This document shows, piece by piece, positions 63,543 to 64,000 of a stretch of DNA of 64,000 bases (its first letter is position 1; the number at the start of each line of letters is the position of its first letter). The notes beneath the pieces are model-generated. The model worked only from the letters and a program-made list of their open reading frames with translations, was not told where the DNA came from and searched no databases. This DNA comes from a virus. Taxonomy: Duplodnaviria > Caudoviricetes. The position numbers and the translations under genes were made by a program. The DNA lies in the IMG/VR virus record IMGVR_UViG_3300030708_002673, positions 18,130 through 82,129 of that record. One strand, given 5' to 3'.

Positions 63543-63767
63543 ATGACAATGAAACGTTTTATTGTTGAGTCAGTTCAGTTCAATTGGATTGATGGTGATT
63601 TTGAATGTCCCGTTGAGTTTCAACCAGGCATTATTGCAGCGGTATTATCAACAGTTTGGTTCGGTGAATCAGAGGAGGAAGTTATTAGTCAAGTGAGAGA
63701 ATCTGCTGCATTTGATGTAAGTTCAATTGATCTAACATATCTACCATATAAGGTGAAATCTACATGA
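63543..63767 (+). CDS. Hypothetical protein
   Basis: ORF track. Confidence 0.5.
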   Translation: MTMKRFIVESVQFNWIDGDFECPVEFQPGIIAAVLSTVWFGESEEEVISQVRESAAFDVSSIDLTYLPYKVKST

Positions 63768-64000
63768 TCTAAGTAATAACGCGCAGTCAACCAGTAAGGT
63801 ACAATGAAGAGACGTAAATCCATTGCAATTACTAACACTTACGTGTATGAGAAGGTTATATTATCCCTTATAAATATGCACCCTTATGACTATAGAATCT
63901 TCAACAAATATCGTGAATGATAGTGTTAGTGAAATGTTGAAATAAATGTATGTTTGTGTTATCTTTTGTTCACTAATGTCCGCTGCCGTTGTTACCTTAG

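Noticed and set aside
1-64000. tRNA or rRNA genes
   Set aside because: No cloverleaf with T-loop/CCA signatures found by eye in intergenic gaps; tRNAscan-SE would be definitive.

Overview
This is a 64-kb segment of a T4-like marine cyanomyovirus genome; the host is probably Synechococcus (inferred from psbA+psbD, petE, petF and cp12). It has five parts. (1) 1-19.8 kb, + strand: photosynthesis auxiliary genes and replication/late-transcription core genes (thyX, phoH, exonuclease, gp33, gp59, gp32), interleaved with modification-type enzymes (amidinotransferase, split carbamoyltransferase, three radical SAM proteins, 2OG-Fe(II) oxygenases, ABM monooxygenase) and a tandem glutamine-II-like riboswitch locus. 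(2) 19.8-22.8 kb, - strand: gp53, gp48, gp2, gp4. (3) 22.8-48.6 kb: baseplate and tail-fibre genes with cp12 and a 2OG oxygenase pair inserted. (4) 48.6-52.4 kb: a sugar-nucleotide/glycan cassette (GT-like ORF, GmhA-like SIS-HAD fusion, KdsB-like enzyme, VOC, SGNH). (5) 52.7-64 kb: a vWA/peptidase plus CobS-like MoxR ATPase pair and a run of small early-type genes, several preceded by a GTGmCA-N10-TGTCAC palindromic promoter. No tRNA, rRNA, CRISPR array, integrase or intron was recognised. The best novelty candidates are the nested two-aptamer riboswitch with a whole ORF inside one aptamer's loop, the dispersed modification pathway, and the ulosonate/heptose-type glycan cassette next to the fibre genes. 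All calls come from motif recognition by eye; no searches were run.
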